From contig OX638340.1 of NCBI GenBank assembly GCA_951812955.1, positions 1,792,001-1,856,000 on the forward strand: 64,000 nucleotides of DNA, in the 5' to 3' direction. Source of the DNA: an uncultured Gemmatimonadota bacterium (GTDB lineage Bacteria > JAAXHH01). The position numbers and the translations under genes were made by a program. Shown here one piece after another: positions 20,362 through 29,762 of the stretch (positions are counted from its first letter, which is position 1; each line of letters begins with the position of its first letter). The notes under the pieces were generated by a model that saw nothing but the letters and a program-made list of their open reading frames with translations, was not told where the DNA came from and did not search any database.

Positions 20362-21057
20362 TTGATTTCAACTTTGTTCTTAGATGTCGGAGAGACCATT
20401 CTGGACGCCGAGGCGCAGCAAGACGCATTGACGGAAGTGCACAGAATGGTACTGAACGACTCTGGTTTTTCGTTGACGCAGGATGAATATAGACTGCTGT
20501 ACGAGGAGAAAATCCGGTCTTTCGTCCCCAGTGCAATGCACGCGATTACCTGGCACTTTGCTAGTCCGGACCATACCCTGCATAACGAGATCACCCGCGA
20601 GATTCGTGCGCACTATGGTGAAATCAGGAAAATAGGATGCCAACTCTATCCCGGAGTGGCCGAACTGCTTGAAAAGTTGGCGGATGGTTATTCGCTCGGA
20701 CTTGCCGCAAACGCTCCCGCTTCGGTCACGGACATCCTTGATGATTTAGGAGTGCTGTGCTGGTTCAGCCATACGGACGTATCCGGGAGTATCGGTATCA
20801 AGAAGCCGGACCATCGGTTCTTTGAAACCATCCTTACGCATGCAGACACGCGAGCGTCCGAAGCAATCATGATCGGCGACCGACTCGACAACGACATTAT
20901 ACCGGCCAGGCGTATCGGCATGAAGACGATCTGGGTACGATGGGGCCGCTATAGTATCTTGGAACCCCGCACTCCGGATGAAATCCCCGATAAGACCGTT
21001 ACCGACGTGCGGGAGGTACTGGACGCGGTAACCATGTTAAATTCGAGGTTATGGTAA
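20362..21057 (+). CDS. HAD-like hydrolase with atypical motif I (LDVGET)
   Basis: HAD motifs II-IV are recognisable (GLAANA...; GIKKPD; GDRLDNDI). Motif I reads FLDVGETIL, so the second Asp is replaced by Gly. The TTG start at 20362 is the first in-frame start after a stop. Confidence 0.5.
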   Translation: MISTLFLDVGETILDAEAQQDALTEVHRMVLNDSGFSLTQDEYRLLYEEKIRSFVPSAMHAITWHFASPDHTLHNEITREIRAHYGEIRKIGCQLYPGVAELLEKLADGYSLGLAANAPASVTDILDDLGVLCWFSHTDVSGSIGIKKPDHRFFETILTHADTRASEAIMIGDRLDNDIIPARRIGMKTIWVRWGRYSILEPRTPDEIPDKTVTDVREVLDAVTMLNSRLW

Positions 21058-21155
21058 CTATTCCGACATATAGAAATAGGAATTGAATTGATGTTTGGAA
21101 TCAGACAGTACAGTGGTTACTATAGATAAGGAAACTCTCGAAAGTTGGCGTATTT

Positions 21156-21356
21156 ATGAAGAAGACTGATACAGACAGATTCCGCCCTGAGTACTGCCGT
21201 GTAGATCTCGGTTCGGGCGTCCGGGGAAAGTACCTGAAGTCCTTCCAATCTGGAACTAACCTGGTATTGCTACATCCTGATGTAGCAAAGGCATTCCCCA
21301 CCGACGAGTCCGTAAACGCAGCTCTTCGTTCTTTAATGGACCAGGCGAAGGTATAG
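21156..21356 (+). CDS. Small RGKY-motif antitoxin-like protein (BrnA/COG3514-like), orphan
   Basis: 66 aa. EYCRVDLGSGVRGKYLKSFQSGTNLVLLHPDVAKAFPTDESVNAALRSLM resembles the widespread '...RGKY...TNVVxLDPDVAxxFPDSExVNxALRxL' antitoxin family. It lies in a low-GC patch, and no BrnT/RelE-like partner ORF is adjacent. Confidence 0.4.
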   Translation: MKKTDTDRFRPEYCRVDLGSGVRGKYLKSFQSGTNLVLLHPDVAKAFPTDESVNAALRSLMDQAKV

Positions 21357-21610
21357 GCAGACTCTAAAGAGTTTGTTGAAACCTCTAGCTGGTTGCGCTG
21401 TTCTTCCCCTCAACAACTCGCTTTGCTCTAACTGAACCCCGGTAATCGTCCTCTTGGGCTAGACCAGTACCGATTCTCCGGTCATAGACGCAGAATCCAC
21501 AGGTTCTTTCAGCGTGCGGTTCCTGTTGTTGCATATCTTGTTCAACGCGATATCTCGCGACTCGTGTTTAGGATACTGAAAGAACGAAAAGCGCAACGGA
21601 CTCTTAAGTA

Positions 21611-22333
21611 ATGAAAATCGCCATTTTGACTGATGTTCACGGAAACCTGCCGGCGCTAAAAGCAACTCTACGAGCCATCAGTCGAGAGGGTTGCGATGCA
21701 ATCTACCATACCGGAGACTGCATCGGAATTGGTCCGTATCCCGCGGAATGCCTGGATTTAATCCTGAACACACCACGTATGGTTCCGGTCATGGGCAATC
21801 ATGACGCCTGGTTCGCCTACGGCCTTCCCGATCCTCAACCCTCCTGGATGAGTGATGGCGAGGTGAGACATCAGCAATGGGTTCATTCCTGCCTCGATTC
21901 CTCGCTGCGAACCGTAGTCGGCGAATGGCCGTACCTGATACAGGAAGTATTCGAAGGCATCCGCGTGTCGTTCCTCCACTACGGCCTCAATGAATCAGGA
22001 CGGAACTTTGCGAAGTTCCACCAGGAACCCGAACCTGCCGATCTGGCTGAAATGTACGGTAGTCTGAATTCGGATTTGGTGTTTTACGGTCACCACCATT
22101 CAAATTCAGACATGGTGAGTAAAGCCAGGTATGTAAACCCGGGATCGCTGGGTTGTCATACCGAGGCAGTGGCGCGATTTGCAGTGCTTGTATGTCGAGC
22201 GTCGCGATATGAACTGGAAGTCCGCAGCATTTCATATGATGACAACGCTCTTTTTCGTGAATTCGAGAAACGCAAAGTTCCCGAGAGAGAGTTTTTAATC
22301 CGCGCCTTTTTCGGCGATAGATACCCGTTGTGA
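21611..22333 (+). CDS. Metallophosphoesterase (calcineurin-like)
   Basis: DVHGN, GDCIG, GNHD and GHHH motifs. Confidence 0.75.
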   Translation: MKIAILTDVHGNLPALKATLRAISREGCDAIYHTGDCIGIGPYPAECLDLILNTPRMVPVMGNHDAWFAYGLPDPQPSWMSDGEVRHQQWVHSCLDSSLRTVVGEWPYLIQEVFEGIRVSFLHYGLNESGRNFAKFHQEPEPADLAEMYGSLNSDLVFYGHHHSNSDMVSKARYVNPGSLGCHTEAVARFAVLVCRASRYELEVRSISYDDNALFREFEKRKVPEREFLIRAFFGDRYPL

Positions 22334-22341
22334 GATGACTG

Positions 22342-23145
22342 GTGAAAATCAGTGACCTACCAGATCCCGTACGCGCACGCCTGAGAGGCTACTCGTCCGA
22401 CGGCCAAAACCTCCGAACCGAATCCTGCTCGGACGTGAATCTCTACACGCACAGGTTGGGGCGGAGGCCAGGCCTTATCCTGAAGACGAGAGACGTCCGG
22501 GTAAGGCCACAGGAACCGGACCTGCTGGCGGAAACCGTGGCTCTGACCTGGTTGCGGGAAAAACTCCCCGTGCCTGAATGCCGGTGTTTTCACGTAGAAG
22601 GCGATAAGCAATACCTGCTCATGACGCTTATGGAAGGCGTCACGGGTATTCATCCGGAAGCACTCGAAGATCCAGCGCATCTCATTCGGGAATTCGCGGA
22701 AGGCCTGCAGGCAGTACATGCGCTGGATATCGCTTCCTCTCCCCTGGATTGGCGCATGTCGCGATTCATTCCCTGGGCGGAAGGGTTGATTGAAAGCGGC
22801 ACGTTGGACGAGGACATCCCTGAAGGAAAGACCCGAACCTTTCTTTTTGAAAAGTTATCTGATATAAAGGAGGCGGTGCCGGGGGAGGAAGATCTCGTCT
22901 TTACTCACGGCGATTACTGTCTGCCCAACGTCATGTTTCAGGATGGCGGGCTGAACGGCTACATCGACGTGGGTTACGCCGGGGTCGGCGACCGGTACCT
23001 GGATCTCGTGGCGGCCCGCGGAACGATCCATCGGAACCTGGGGGAAGAGTGGATCGAACCGTTCTTCCAGGCATATGGTCTCGAGGAACCTGACCCGGCA
23101 AAACTGCATGCGTATCAAAAAGTGCATGATTGGGGAGACTGGTAG
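22342..23145 (+). CDS. Aminoglycoside 3'-phosphotransferase APH(3') family protein
   Basis: The C-terminal half aligns closely with APH(3')-II (NPTII) as remembered: VFTHGDYCLPNVMFQDGGLNGYIDVGYAGVGDRYLDLVAARGTI...LGEEWIEPFFQAYGLEEPD versus [43 protein letters not shown]...LGGEWADRFLVLYGIAAPD. Confidence 0.8.
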   Translation: MKISDLPDPVRARLRGYSSDGQNLRTESCSDVNLYTHRLGRRPGLILKTRDVRVRPQEPDLLAETVALTWLREKLPVPECRCFHVEGDKQYLLMTLMEGVTGIHPEALEDPAHLIREFAEGLQAVHALDIASSPLDWRMSRFIPWAEGLIESGTLDEDIPEGKTRTFLFEKLSDIKEAVPGEEDLVFTHGDYCLPNVMFQDGGLNGYIDVGYAGVGDRYLDLVAARGTIHRNLGEEWIEPFFQAYGLEEPDPAKLHAYQKVHDWGDW

Positions 23146-23201
23146 CTTCGGCCGACTCGCTGATTGATTCACCAGTATCTGTAACCAACACGGAGTAGGG
23201 A

Positions 23202-24002
23202 TTGTACCGCAATCCACCCAGACTGTTGCAATATCAGGAAACATACGCAGCCCGCTTCAAGCAACGAAGCATGGCAGATTCGTATGAGCTCAGGCCTCCT
23301 TATCCGAATGAAACCTTCTCTATACTCCTGGGGTTGCTTGCGGAGCCGAAAGGTCGAGTACTTGACGTTGGGTGCGGTACCGGGAGAATAGCACGTTCAC
23401 TCGTCGATCACGTAGCGGGTGTGGACGCGGTCGACTTCTCCGGCGAGATGATCCGCGTGGGCAAATCGCTGGACAGGGGCGGCCACCCGAACCTGAACTG
23501 GCTCCATGGTCGAGTCGAAGAGGTTGAGCTGAAACCGGGTTACACTCTAGTGACCGCCGGAGCCAGCATCCATTGGATGGACTGGAACGTGGTTTTTCCG
23601 AGATTCGACGAGGTACTAAAGGCGGATGGATACGTCGCGATCATAGAAGGAGATCGTCCCTTTGATTCGCCGTGGGGTGAAGCAGAGCGCGAACTGATTC
23701 GACAGTATTCCACCAATCTACATTATCAGCAGATAGACCTGATCAAGGAACTTGTAGACCGAAACCACCTGCTTCCGGTTGGAGACCGGAGGACGGTGCC
23801 GGTCAACTTCTCCCAAACCGTGGCTGACTACGTTGAGTCCTTTCATTCGAGAGAGAGTATGTCCAGGGAACACATGGGTGACGGCAATGCGAAGGAATTC
23901 GACGCCGAGTTGTCCCGTATCCTGGCGGATTTCGCAGAAAATCAGGAGATGCTCCACTTCCAGTTGCAGACTAGAGTCGTCTGGGGCAGACCAATACCAT
24001 AG
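23202..24002 (+). CDS. Class I SAM-dependent methyltransferase
   Basis: Motif I VLDVGCGTGRIARSL. TTG start with a GGAG RBS; an alternative ATG lies at 23271. Confidence 0.65.
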   Translation: MYRNPPRLLQYQETYAARFKQRSMADSYELRPPYPNETFSILLGLLAEPKGRVLDVGCGTGRIARSLVDHVAGVDAVDFSGEMIRVGKSLDRGGHPNLNWLHGRVEEVELKPGYTLVTAGASIHWMDWNVVFPRFDEVLKADGYVAIIEGDRPFDSPWGEAERELIRQYSTNLHYQQIDLIKELVDRNHLLPVGDRRTVPVNFSQTVADYVESFHSRESMSREHMGDGNAKEFDAELSRILADFAENQEMLHFQLQTRVVWGRPIP

Positions 24003-24019
24003 AAAGATGAAAGACCCCC

Positions 24020-24853
24020 ATGAACATCCCCCACGCCGAAGTCGAGACCCTCCTTCGTGAGGCAGCCGATCAGATCGTCATGCCGCTGTGGAAAAACCTC
24101 GGCGAGGAGGATGTGACCGAGAAAAGTGAGGGTGATCTGGCGACGATCGCGGATACACGGTGCGAGGCGTTCCTGGCATCTCATCTGCCCGGGTTGATCG
24201 GCGGCTCGCTGGTGCTCGGAGAAGAGAGTGTCCACGAAGACCCGGGCCTGTTGTCCGCGCTGCATACGGATGCGCCTGTCTGGGTCATCGACCCCCTGGA
24301 TGGAACGCGATATTTCGCGGCAGGCCAATCGCAATTCGCCATCATGGTCTGCCTCATCCATTCGGGTGTGACCATCGGCGCATGGATTCTCAATCCGCTG
24401 GATGGCATCCTGACGAGCGCGGAGAGGGGGTGCGGAACCTACCAAGGAAGTAAGCGCCTGTCCGTGGATCCTTCTCGCCTTCCTCTGGAACGTGCTCGGG
24501 GCGTGGCGATGACGTGGTACCTCCCGGACTCCCTGAAGCCCACCGCCGATGCCGCGTCAGATACCTTTCTGTTCATCGAACGCACCCGGTGCGCCGGTTA
24601 TAATTATCCTTCGTTCGCGAAGAGCGAACTACATTTCCTTTTCTTCTATCGCACCCTGGTCTGGGATCATGCACCGGGCGTCCTGATCGCGCAGGAGGCG
24701 GGCGGCTTCGTTCGAAGACTTGACGGTACCGAATATTCACCGGCGGATGACCGCAAGGGCTACTGTGTGCTACGAACAGGGAAATGTGGGCGTTTATACA
24801 AAAGAGGCTGGTTCCGAGTATTTCGGTTGTCCGTTCAGATTAGTGCGTTGTGA
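24020..24853 (+). CDS. Inositol monophosphatase / CysQ family phosphatase
   Basis: WVIDPLDGT and LVLGEE metal-binding motifs. Confidence 0.7.
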   Translation: MNIPHAEVETLLREAADQIVMPLWKNLGEEDVTEKSEGDLATIADTRCEAFLASHLPGLIGGSLVLGEESVHEDPGLLSALHTDAPVWVIDPLDGTRYFAAGQSQFAIMVCLIHSGVTIGAWILNPLDGILTSAERGCGTYQGSKRLSVDPSRLPLERARGVAMTWYLPDSLKPTADAASDTFLFIERTRCAGYNYPSFAKSELHFLFFYRTLVWDHAPGVLIAQEAGGFVRRLDGTEYSPADDRKGYCVLRTGKCGRLYKRGWFRVFRLSVQISAL

Positions 24854-24969
24854 ACCAATATCCATGGGATTACGTGATGTTTTTGATTCCGGCGCGGGAG
24901 AACCGGCACAGGTGTCATAGGAACAGACCCTCGGTCTAGAATTGTCAGTCACGAATCGGGAGGCGCGGG

Positions 24970-25452
24970 ATGAACAACAGCGACACGTGCATAACATGCG
25001 AAATGACGGCGCGAAGAAGGCAGGGGCAGGCGCCGCTCTGGGATCACATCTATCAGACCGAGTTCTGGGACGTCGTGCATGCATACAACTCGGCTCTGCC
25101 CGGGTGGTTGGTGTTGGTGGTGCAGCGTCACATCGAATCGCTCGACGAACTTACTGAGCAGGAAGCCGCTGAATTGGGCCACCTGATTCGCCGTGTCTCG
25201 CTGTCAATGAAGAGCGTAATCGGATGTATGAAAACATACGTCATACAATTCTCCGAGGCCAGACAACACCCGCATGTGCATTTCCATATCGTACCACGAA
25301 TGGCTGATCAACCGCCCGAGCGGCGAAGTACTGGAATCATGGGCTATCGGGGGGTCTCTAGGGAGGAGCGAATCAGTGAAGGCCGAATGAATGAAATCGG
25401 TGCTGAGATCAGAAGCCATCTGTCTTCACAGAGCCATGAACTTCCATTCTAG
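24970..25452 (+). CDS. HIT (histidine triad) family protein
   Basis: HPHVHFHIVPR triad; 160 aa. Confidence 0.7.
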   Translation: MNNSDTCITCEMTARRRQGQAPLWDHIYQTEFWDVVHAYNSALPGWLVLVVQRHIESLDELTEQEAAELGHLIRRVSLSMKSVIGCMKTYVIQFSEARQHPHVHFHIVPRMADQPPERRSTGIMGYRGVSREERISEGRMNEIGAEIRSHLSSQSHELPF

Positions 25453-25824
25453 TTCTTCGAGATGTCACTCCAGCCTGACGTCGAAGCGCCCGATTCTCTG
25501 CGGTTCCGACTGCTGTGAGCCACCACTTCCGCGCTGCACGTTCATGCTCCAGACTGCCAGTTTCGTCATCGTTCACTTCCCTCAGCGTTAATCGGCGCAT
25601 CGAATTGACCCGGTGGGTTTCGCTGGGTACGCCCTAGCCGTCCTTGAGGCTGGCGACCAAAAGACCGAGGATCTTTCCCGGGACCGTGACTCGGCTACGA
25701 CCGGCCACGGAGCCGCGCCAACGCCCAACACGATGTCAATAATTCTTGACATGCAAGGTGATGTCTAGTAATTTTTACAACATGTCAACTATATTAGTCA
25801 TTTTATCAGAATTGGGAGACTCTC

Positions 25825-26244
25825 ATGGATATGTCCTTTGAAGAGAAGAGCGTCTGGATTCAACTCTTCAGTCTCGTCGTCGGCCTGGGCGGCTACCTGG
25901 TAGTCGCCGGCCTAATGCTGTCGAACGGAGTCAGTGCTTTGCCGCCCTTCGTGCCGGTCTTTGCCGTGGCGGTCGTCCTCATCGTGGCCGTCAATATCGC
26001 AGGACACGTCGTCGCGGCGATCACCAACCGGTCGGACGAGGCCGACGAGCGCGATCGGCTTATCGGCTGTCGCGCAGAGAGCGGGTCGTCGTGGATCCTG
26101 GGCGTCGGAGTCATTGGCGCGATCCTGTCGCTGATCCTGTCGGTCGGCGGCGTCTGGGTGGCGCACCTGCTCCTCATCTCGCTGTTCGGTTCCGAGGTGA
26201 CTAAGGATGTGTTGCAGATAGCCTACTACCGTCGGGGGATCTGA
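25825..26244 (+). CDS. Small integral membrane protein (DUF2975-like, 4 TM)
   Basis: Four hydrophobic helices. The gene pairs tightly (2-nt gap) with the downstream XRE regulator, as in the conserved DUF2975 + HTH cassette. Confidence 0.5.
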   Translation: MDMSFEEKSVWIQLFSLVVGLGGYLVVAGLMLSNGVSALPPFVPVFAVAVVLIVAVNIAGHVVAAITNRSDEADERDRLIGCRAESGSSWILGVGVIGAILSLILSVGGVWVAHLLLISLFGSEVTKDVLQIAYYRRGI

Positions 26245-26246
26245 AC

Positions 26247-26492
26247 GTGACTCAGTCGGGGATTAGCATCCGCAACCAGATCCGGACCCTGCGGTTCCAC
26301 CACGGCGAGATGACGCAGCAGAAACTCGCCGACCAGGTCGGCGTCACCCGGCAGACGGTAAACGCGATCGAGGGTGGCAAGTATTCGCCATCGCTCGAGG
26401 TCGCGTTTCGGATTGCCCACGTGTTCGGCAAGCCGCTCGAAGAAGTGTTTCAGTACGTCGCAGCGTCCCGGGTGACGGCGACAAACTCGTGA
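26247..26492 (+). CDS. XRE family HTH transcriptional regulator
   Basis: QQKLADQVGVTRQTVNAIEGGKYSPSLEVAFRIAHVF helix-turn-helix; 81 aa. Confidence 0.75.
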   Translation: MTQSGISIRNQIRTLRFHHGEMTQQKLADQVGVTRQTVNAIEGGKYSPSLEVAFRIAHVFGKPLEEVFQYVAASRVTATNS

Positions 26493-26641
26493 GGCCGCAG
26501 GGAGGGTACAGCGGACCTTTGTGCTGTCTGTCGATATAATCGAAACCATTTAGTCGTACCGGCTTCGGCCGATGGTGAAGCCAGACAGGATGCGCTGCCG
26601 CTTGCCGATTTAGAGTCAGGCTAAGCACTGGCGTGGTTTAC

Positions 26642-26668
26642 GCGGCCCCGCAACAACCACGGGGCCGC
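26642..26668. terminator. GC-rich hairpin (9-bp perfect stem GCGGCCCCG / CGGGGCCGC) between convergent genes
   Basis: The stem and its 9-nt loop (CAACAACCA) are read directly from the sequence. It lies between the XRE stop (26492) and the stop of the minus-strand gene at 26699. Confidence 0.45.
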
Positions 26669-26698
26669 GATGGACCTGTTCACGATCCGAGTCAATCC

Positions 26699-27475
26699 TT
26701 ACCTCGCAGTTTGGATCGTCCGGACCGTTCCTGTGAAAAGGGACGGCGGATCTAGCCGCCATACGCGGGACTCGTCCGCGACCTTTATCAGGTGGGTATA
26801 TGTTCCGTCCTCTGAATCCAATACCTCTTCAGACCGGTGAGCGGGATCGGGGGTTAGCCCAGGGTATTCTCCCATAGATTCGGACGGCGCTGAATGCCGG
26901 GTGGACGCATCATACACCAGCGTAAGGTTGAAGAACTCCGGTTTGCTTTCCGATTTACCGTCACTGGCGTAGATAACAGCCGGCAGTACGGGAACGGTAC
27001 CGGTGTTACCGTAGACGGATGCAAACTCGGACGGCGCTACGTTTCCGTGAGGCAGAATGAGGAATCGATTACCGTCCCGCGTAATCTGAAGCAGGGCTTC
27101 CTCGGGCGATCGAATGCCCAGCTTTCCGGGAATTGCTATGCCGAAACGGTAAGTTAGGAGGTCTTCCTCATAGTCTGTCGCCGGCTCTCCCTCAAATTCC
27201 AGGATAGCCCCGGGCCCTCCGGGGAACAGGACGACGCGGGAACGATCATCGAACGGACTGCTCACAACCGGAGGGTGGTTGGGGCCGTGATGCACCAGTT
27301 TAACCACTGATTTCGGGTTGAAATCGACCGGTACCGATTGCGCATGCTGCGCCGGTTCGGTCGACTGCTCAGGTGGTGTCGACTGCACTGGACTGGAGAA
27401 ACCGATCCAGACGATCACGAACGTCACCGCGAGTAACGGGGCAAAGAAGTAGTTAGTCAGGATAGACCGTGACAT
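26699..27475 (-). CDS. Secreted/membrane-anchored protein sharing a ~150-aa cadherin-like domain with the upstream large lipoprotein
   Basis: ORF trimmed to the ATG at 27475, with an AAGGAG RBS. The N-terminal hydrophobic segment is MSRSILTNYFFAPLLAVTFVIVW. The domain HHGPNHPPV...DLLTYRF...LPAVIYASDGKSES is paralogous to residues ~115-260 of 27513..29762. Confidence 0.55.
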   Translation of the reverse strand: MSRSILTNYFFAPLLAVTFVIVWIGFSSPVQSTPPEQSTEPAQHAQSVPVDFNPKSVVKLVHHGPNHPPVVSSPFDDRSRVVLFPGGPGAILEFEGEPATDYEEDLLTYRFGIAIPGKLGIRSPEEALLQITRDGNRFLILPHGNVAPSEFASVYGNTGTVPVLPAVIYASDGKSESKPEFFNLTLVYDASTRHSAPSESMGEYPGLTPDPAHRSEEVLDSEDGTYTHLIKVADESRVWRLDPPSLFTGTVRTIQTAR

Positions 27476-27512
27476 TGGTAGCTCCTTGTTGAATTGTGAG
27501 TGAGAATCGCCA

Positions 27513-29762
27513 TCACAAACATCCATCGATCCGGTGATCCAAATCATCCGGGAGTCCGTTCTGTTGCAGATCCGCTGCCATGCCGGTTGCAACGGCGTTG
27601 ATGGACCCCTCGGTCAACTGGATGTCACCGCCAGCAACTCCGACACCGTTTGTGTCAAGGTCGTGCAAGCGTACCCTGTACTGAAAGTAGAGCTTATTCG
27701 TACCCGTTCCGTGTGTGTACCGAGCTTCCTTCCGATCCGGGTAGTCCACCTCGAGCCACAAGTACAGTTCGGTTGATGCCATTACCTCGACCGGTTCACT
27801 GAATTCCACTTCAACCTCTATGGTTTCTCCCCTGTCATAGTAGACTTCGTGTAAGGGGGTGGAGGATATCCTCAGGCCTATGATATACGGGAACGTAGGC
27901 TGGTTCCTCAGAATCACCGTCGCGGAGGCCGGAGAATCGGCGGTTACGTTTGATGGGAGATCAGCAAACGTCAACCGGATGGATTCTCCCCTCCCTTCAC
28001 GCTCGTCTGATTCCGAAACCGATACGACCGTGAAGGTCTTTACGGATTCATGAGGCTGAAAGGTTATACCTGGTGGTACGCCGGAGTAGTCTTCGGGCCC
28101 GGCGCCGTTTTCCTCTGTGACGGAGACCGGGACGGTGACCGGCAGGTACAACGGTGGCGGATCCAAGCGCACCTCGATTTCCACGCGGTCTGCGTTTCCA
28201 TCAACGGCGGTGTACTGAGAAGTTCCAAAGTGCACGGTGTGCATGTACTTGCCCGTTTCAACGATCTCAGACCACTCACCGGGGCCCTCTCGATTGTTGC
28301 CGCGGACCTGTACCTCGTAAGCCGCTTCCGTTAGTCCCTCGACTGTTGCGGAATCATTCATCGGCAGGCCGGCTGTATTTTCCGTCCAGGCCGACGTACC
28401 GGCCTCACGGTAACGATAGTCGTAGCCGGTCACCTCGAATCCGGAAGGGAATGGCGCCAGCGTGTCGTTATCCATATAACCCTCTGGCTCTGTCCAGAAG
28501 ATTTTGAACACCGTGTCTCCCGTTTCAGGTGTCCCGTGATACGAAGCGTTTAAGATTCCAGGAGGCGCGGGTACGCCCACGTCCCTGACCCTTATGGCGA
28601 AGTCAAGCACCGATCCGTTGCACCCTGTCGGGTTTCCTTCATTCTCGATGTAATTGATGTTATGCGTGTTTACCGCGCGTAAGCGGTATATGTTGTCCCC
28701 ATCCTCGTCACCCGGCGCTTCGAAGTCCGGAGGCGAATTGAAGGACAATCGCACGGTTCCTGAAGTTGCCCCGGTCTCTGATGCAACGGCAAACAGGTTA
28801 TTGTCCTCGCCCCCTTCCTCGAAACTGTAAAAGCCTGTGAACGTCAGGATCTCGCATCGGATCGTACCAGGCGCGCGGACCAGCCTCCAGTCACGTTGCC
28901 CGGCCGTCACCCCTGTCCACGCGGGGAACGTCCCGCCGGCCGGCTCCGATGTCCCCTCGTACCAATCTATGGGTTCCGGGTACTCCCAGCGCTGATCGCC
29001 CACGTATTCTGCCGGTGCCGAGAACTGGGCTGAGCCGTCGTAGATTATGTCCAGGTTGTACACTTCCGGACTGCTTTCGGCGTTTCCGTCGCTGGCGTAA
29101 ACCGCGGCCGGTAGACCGGAGATGCTGGCGTGCGCACCGTATACCGCGCGGAACTCGGCCGGCGTGATGTCGCCATCCGGAAGGATTTCGAAGTTGTTGC
29201 CCGACCGGGTAATCCGCAACAGGGCCTCTTCCGGTGTCTGGAGGCCGGTCATGCCGAATAGCGCAAAAGCGACACGGTAGGTTAGCTCATCACCATCCGG
29301 GTCGCTCGCCGGTTCTCCCGAAAACTCAACCAGGGCCGCAGGCCCCCTGGGGAAGAGAAGGACCCGGGACTCGTTTGGAATGTGCGAATTCATCACCGGG
29401 GGATGGTTGGACCCGTGATGCCTGGGTTCGAGCGTGAATCGCGGATTGCTGGCGCCGGACGTAACTTCGCCACTCGCAAATCGTGCGGAACCGGCGGCTT
29501 CACCGCTAGCATCGGTAAGCACGCTTTGTACACGGGGATTTCGCGAGGCAAGATCAGGCTGATGCTCTGAAGTCACACCGATCGAATTACCAGCAGCAGT
29601 ATCAGCAGTAACTCTTTGAGTTGGCTGCGCAGGCGGTGTCGCCTTTGCCGACTGCGTTGGTTCCGTCGATCGCATCGGGTTGGAGGATTTCCCACAGGAA
29701 ACCGCGAGCGTGACTGCGAGCATCGTTACTAGTGCGAAGAAATATCTGGTAGGCCATAGCAT
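27513..29762 (-). CDS. Large surface lipoprotein with cadherin-like, FN3-like and Calx-beta-like domains
   Basis: 749 aa with a lipoprotein signal peptide (MLWPTRYFFALVTMLAVTLAVSC) followed by a Thr/Pro/Ala-rich linker. A DxDGDELTYRV cadherin-like motif and a Calx-beta-like segment (YTAVDGNADRVEIEV...EDYSG...TFQPHESVKTFTV) are present. A GGGAGCT RBS lies upstream. Confidence 0.6.
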   Translation of the reverse strand: MLWPTRYFFALVTMLAVTLAVSCGKSSNPMRSTEPTQSAKATPPAQPTQRVTADTAAGNSIGVTSEHQPDLASRNPRVQSVLTDASGEAAGSARFASGEVTSGASNPRFTLEPRHHGSNHPPVMNSHIPNESRVLLFPRGPAALVEFSGEPASDPDGDELTYRVAFALFGMTGLQTPEEALLRITRSGNNFEILPDGDITPAEFRAVYGAHASISGLPAAVYASDGNAESSPEVYNLDIIYDGSAQFSAPAEYVGDQRWEYPEPIDWYEGTSEPAGGTFPAWTGVTAGQRDWRLVRAPGTIRCEILTFTGFYSFEEGGEDNNLFAVASETGATSGTVRLSFNSPPDFEAPGDEDGDNIYRLRAVNTHNINYIENEGNPTGCNGSVLDFAIRVRDVGVPAPPGILNASYHGTPETGDTVFKIFWTEPEGYMDNDTLAPFPSGFEVTGYDYRYREAGTSAWTENTAGLPMNDSATVEGLTEAAYEVQVRGNNREGPGEWSEIVETGKYMHTVHFGTSQYTAVDGNADRVEIEVRLDPPPLYLPVTVPVSVTEENGAGPEDYSGVPPGITFQPHESVKTFTVVSVSESDEREGRGESIRLTFADLPSNVTADSPASATVILRNQPTFPYIIGLRISSTPLHEVYYDRGETIEVEVEFSEPVEVMASTELYLWLEVDYPDRKEARYTHGTGTNKLYFQYRVRLHDLDTNGVGVAGGDIQLTEGSINAVATGMAADLQQNGLPDDLDHRIDGCL

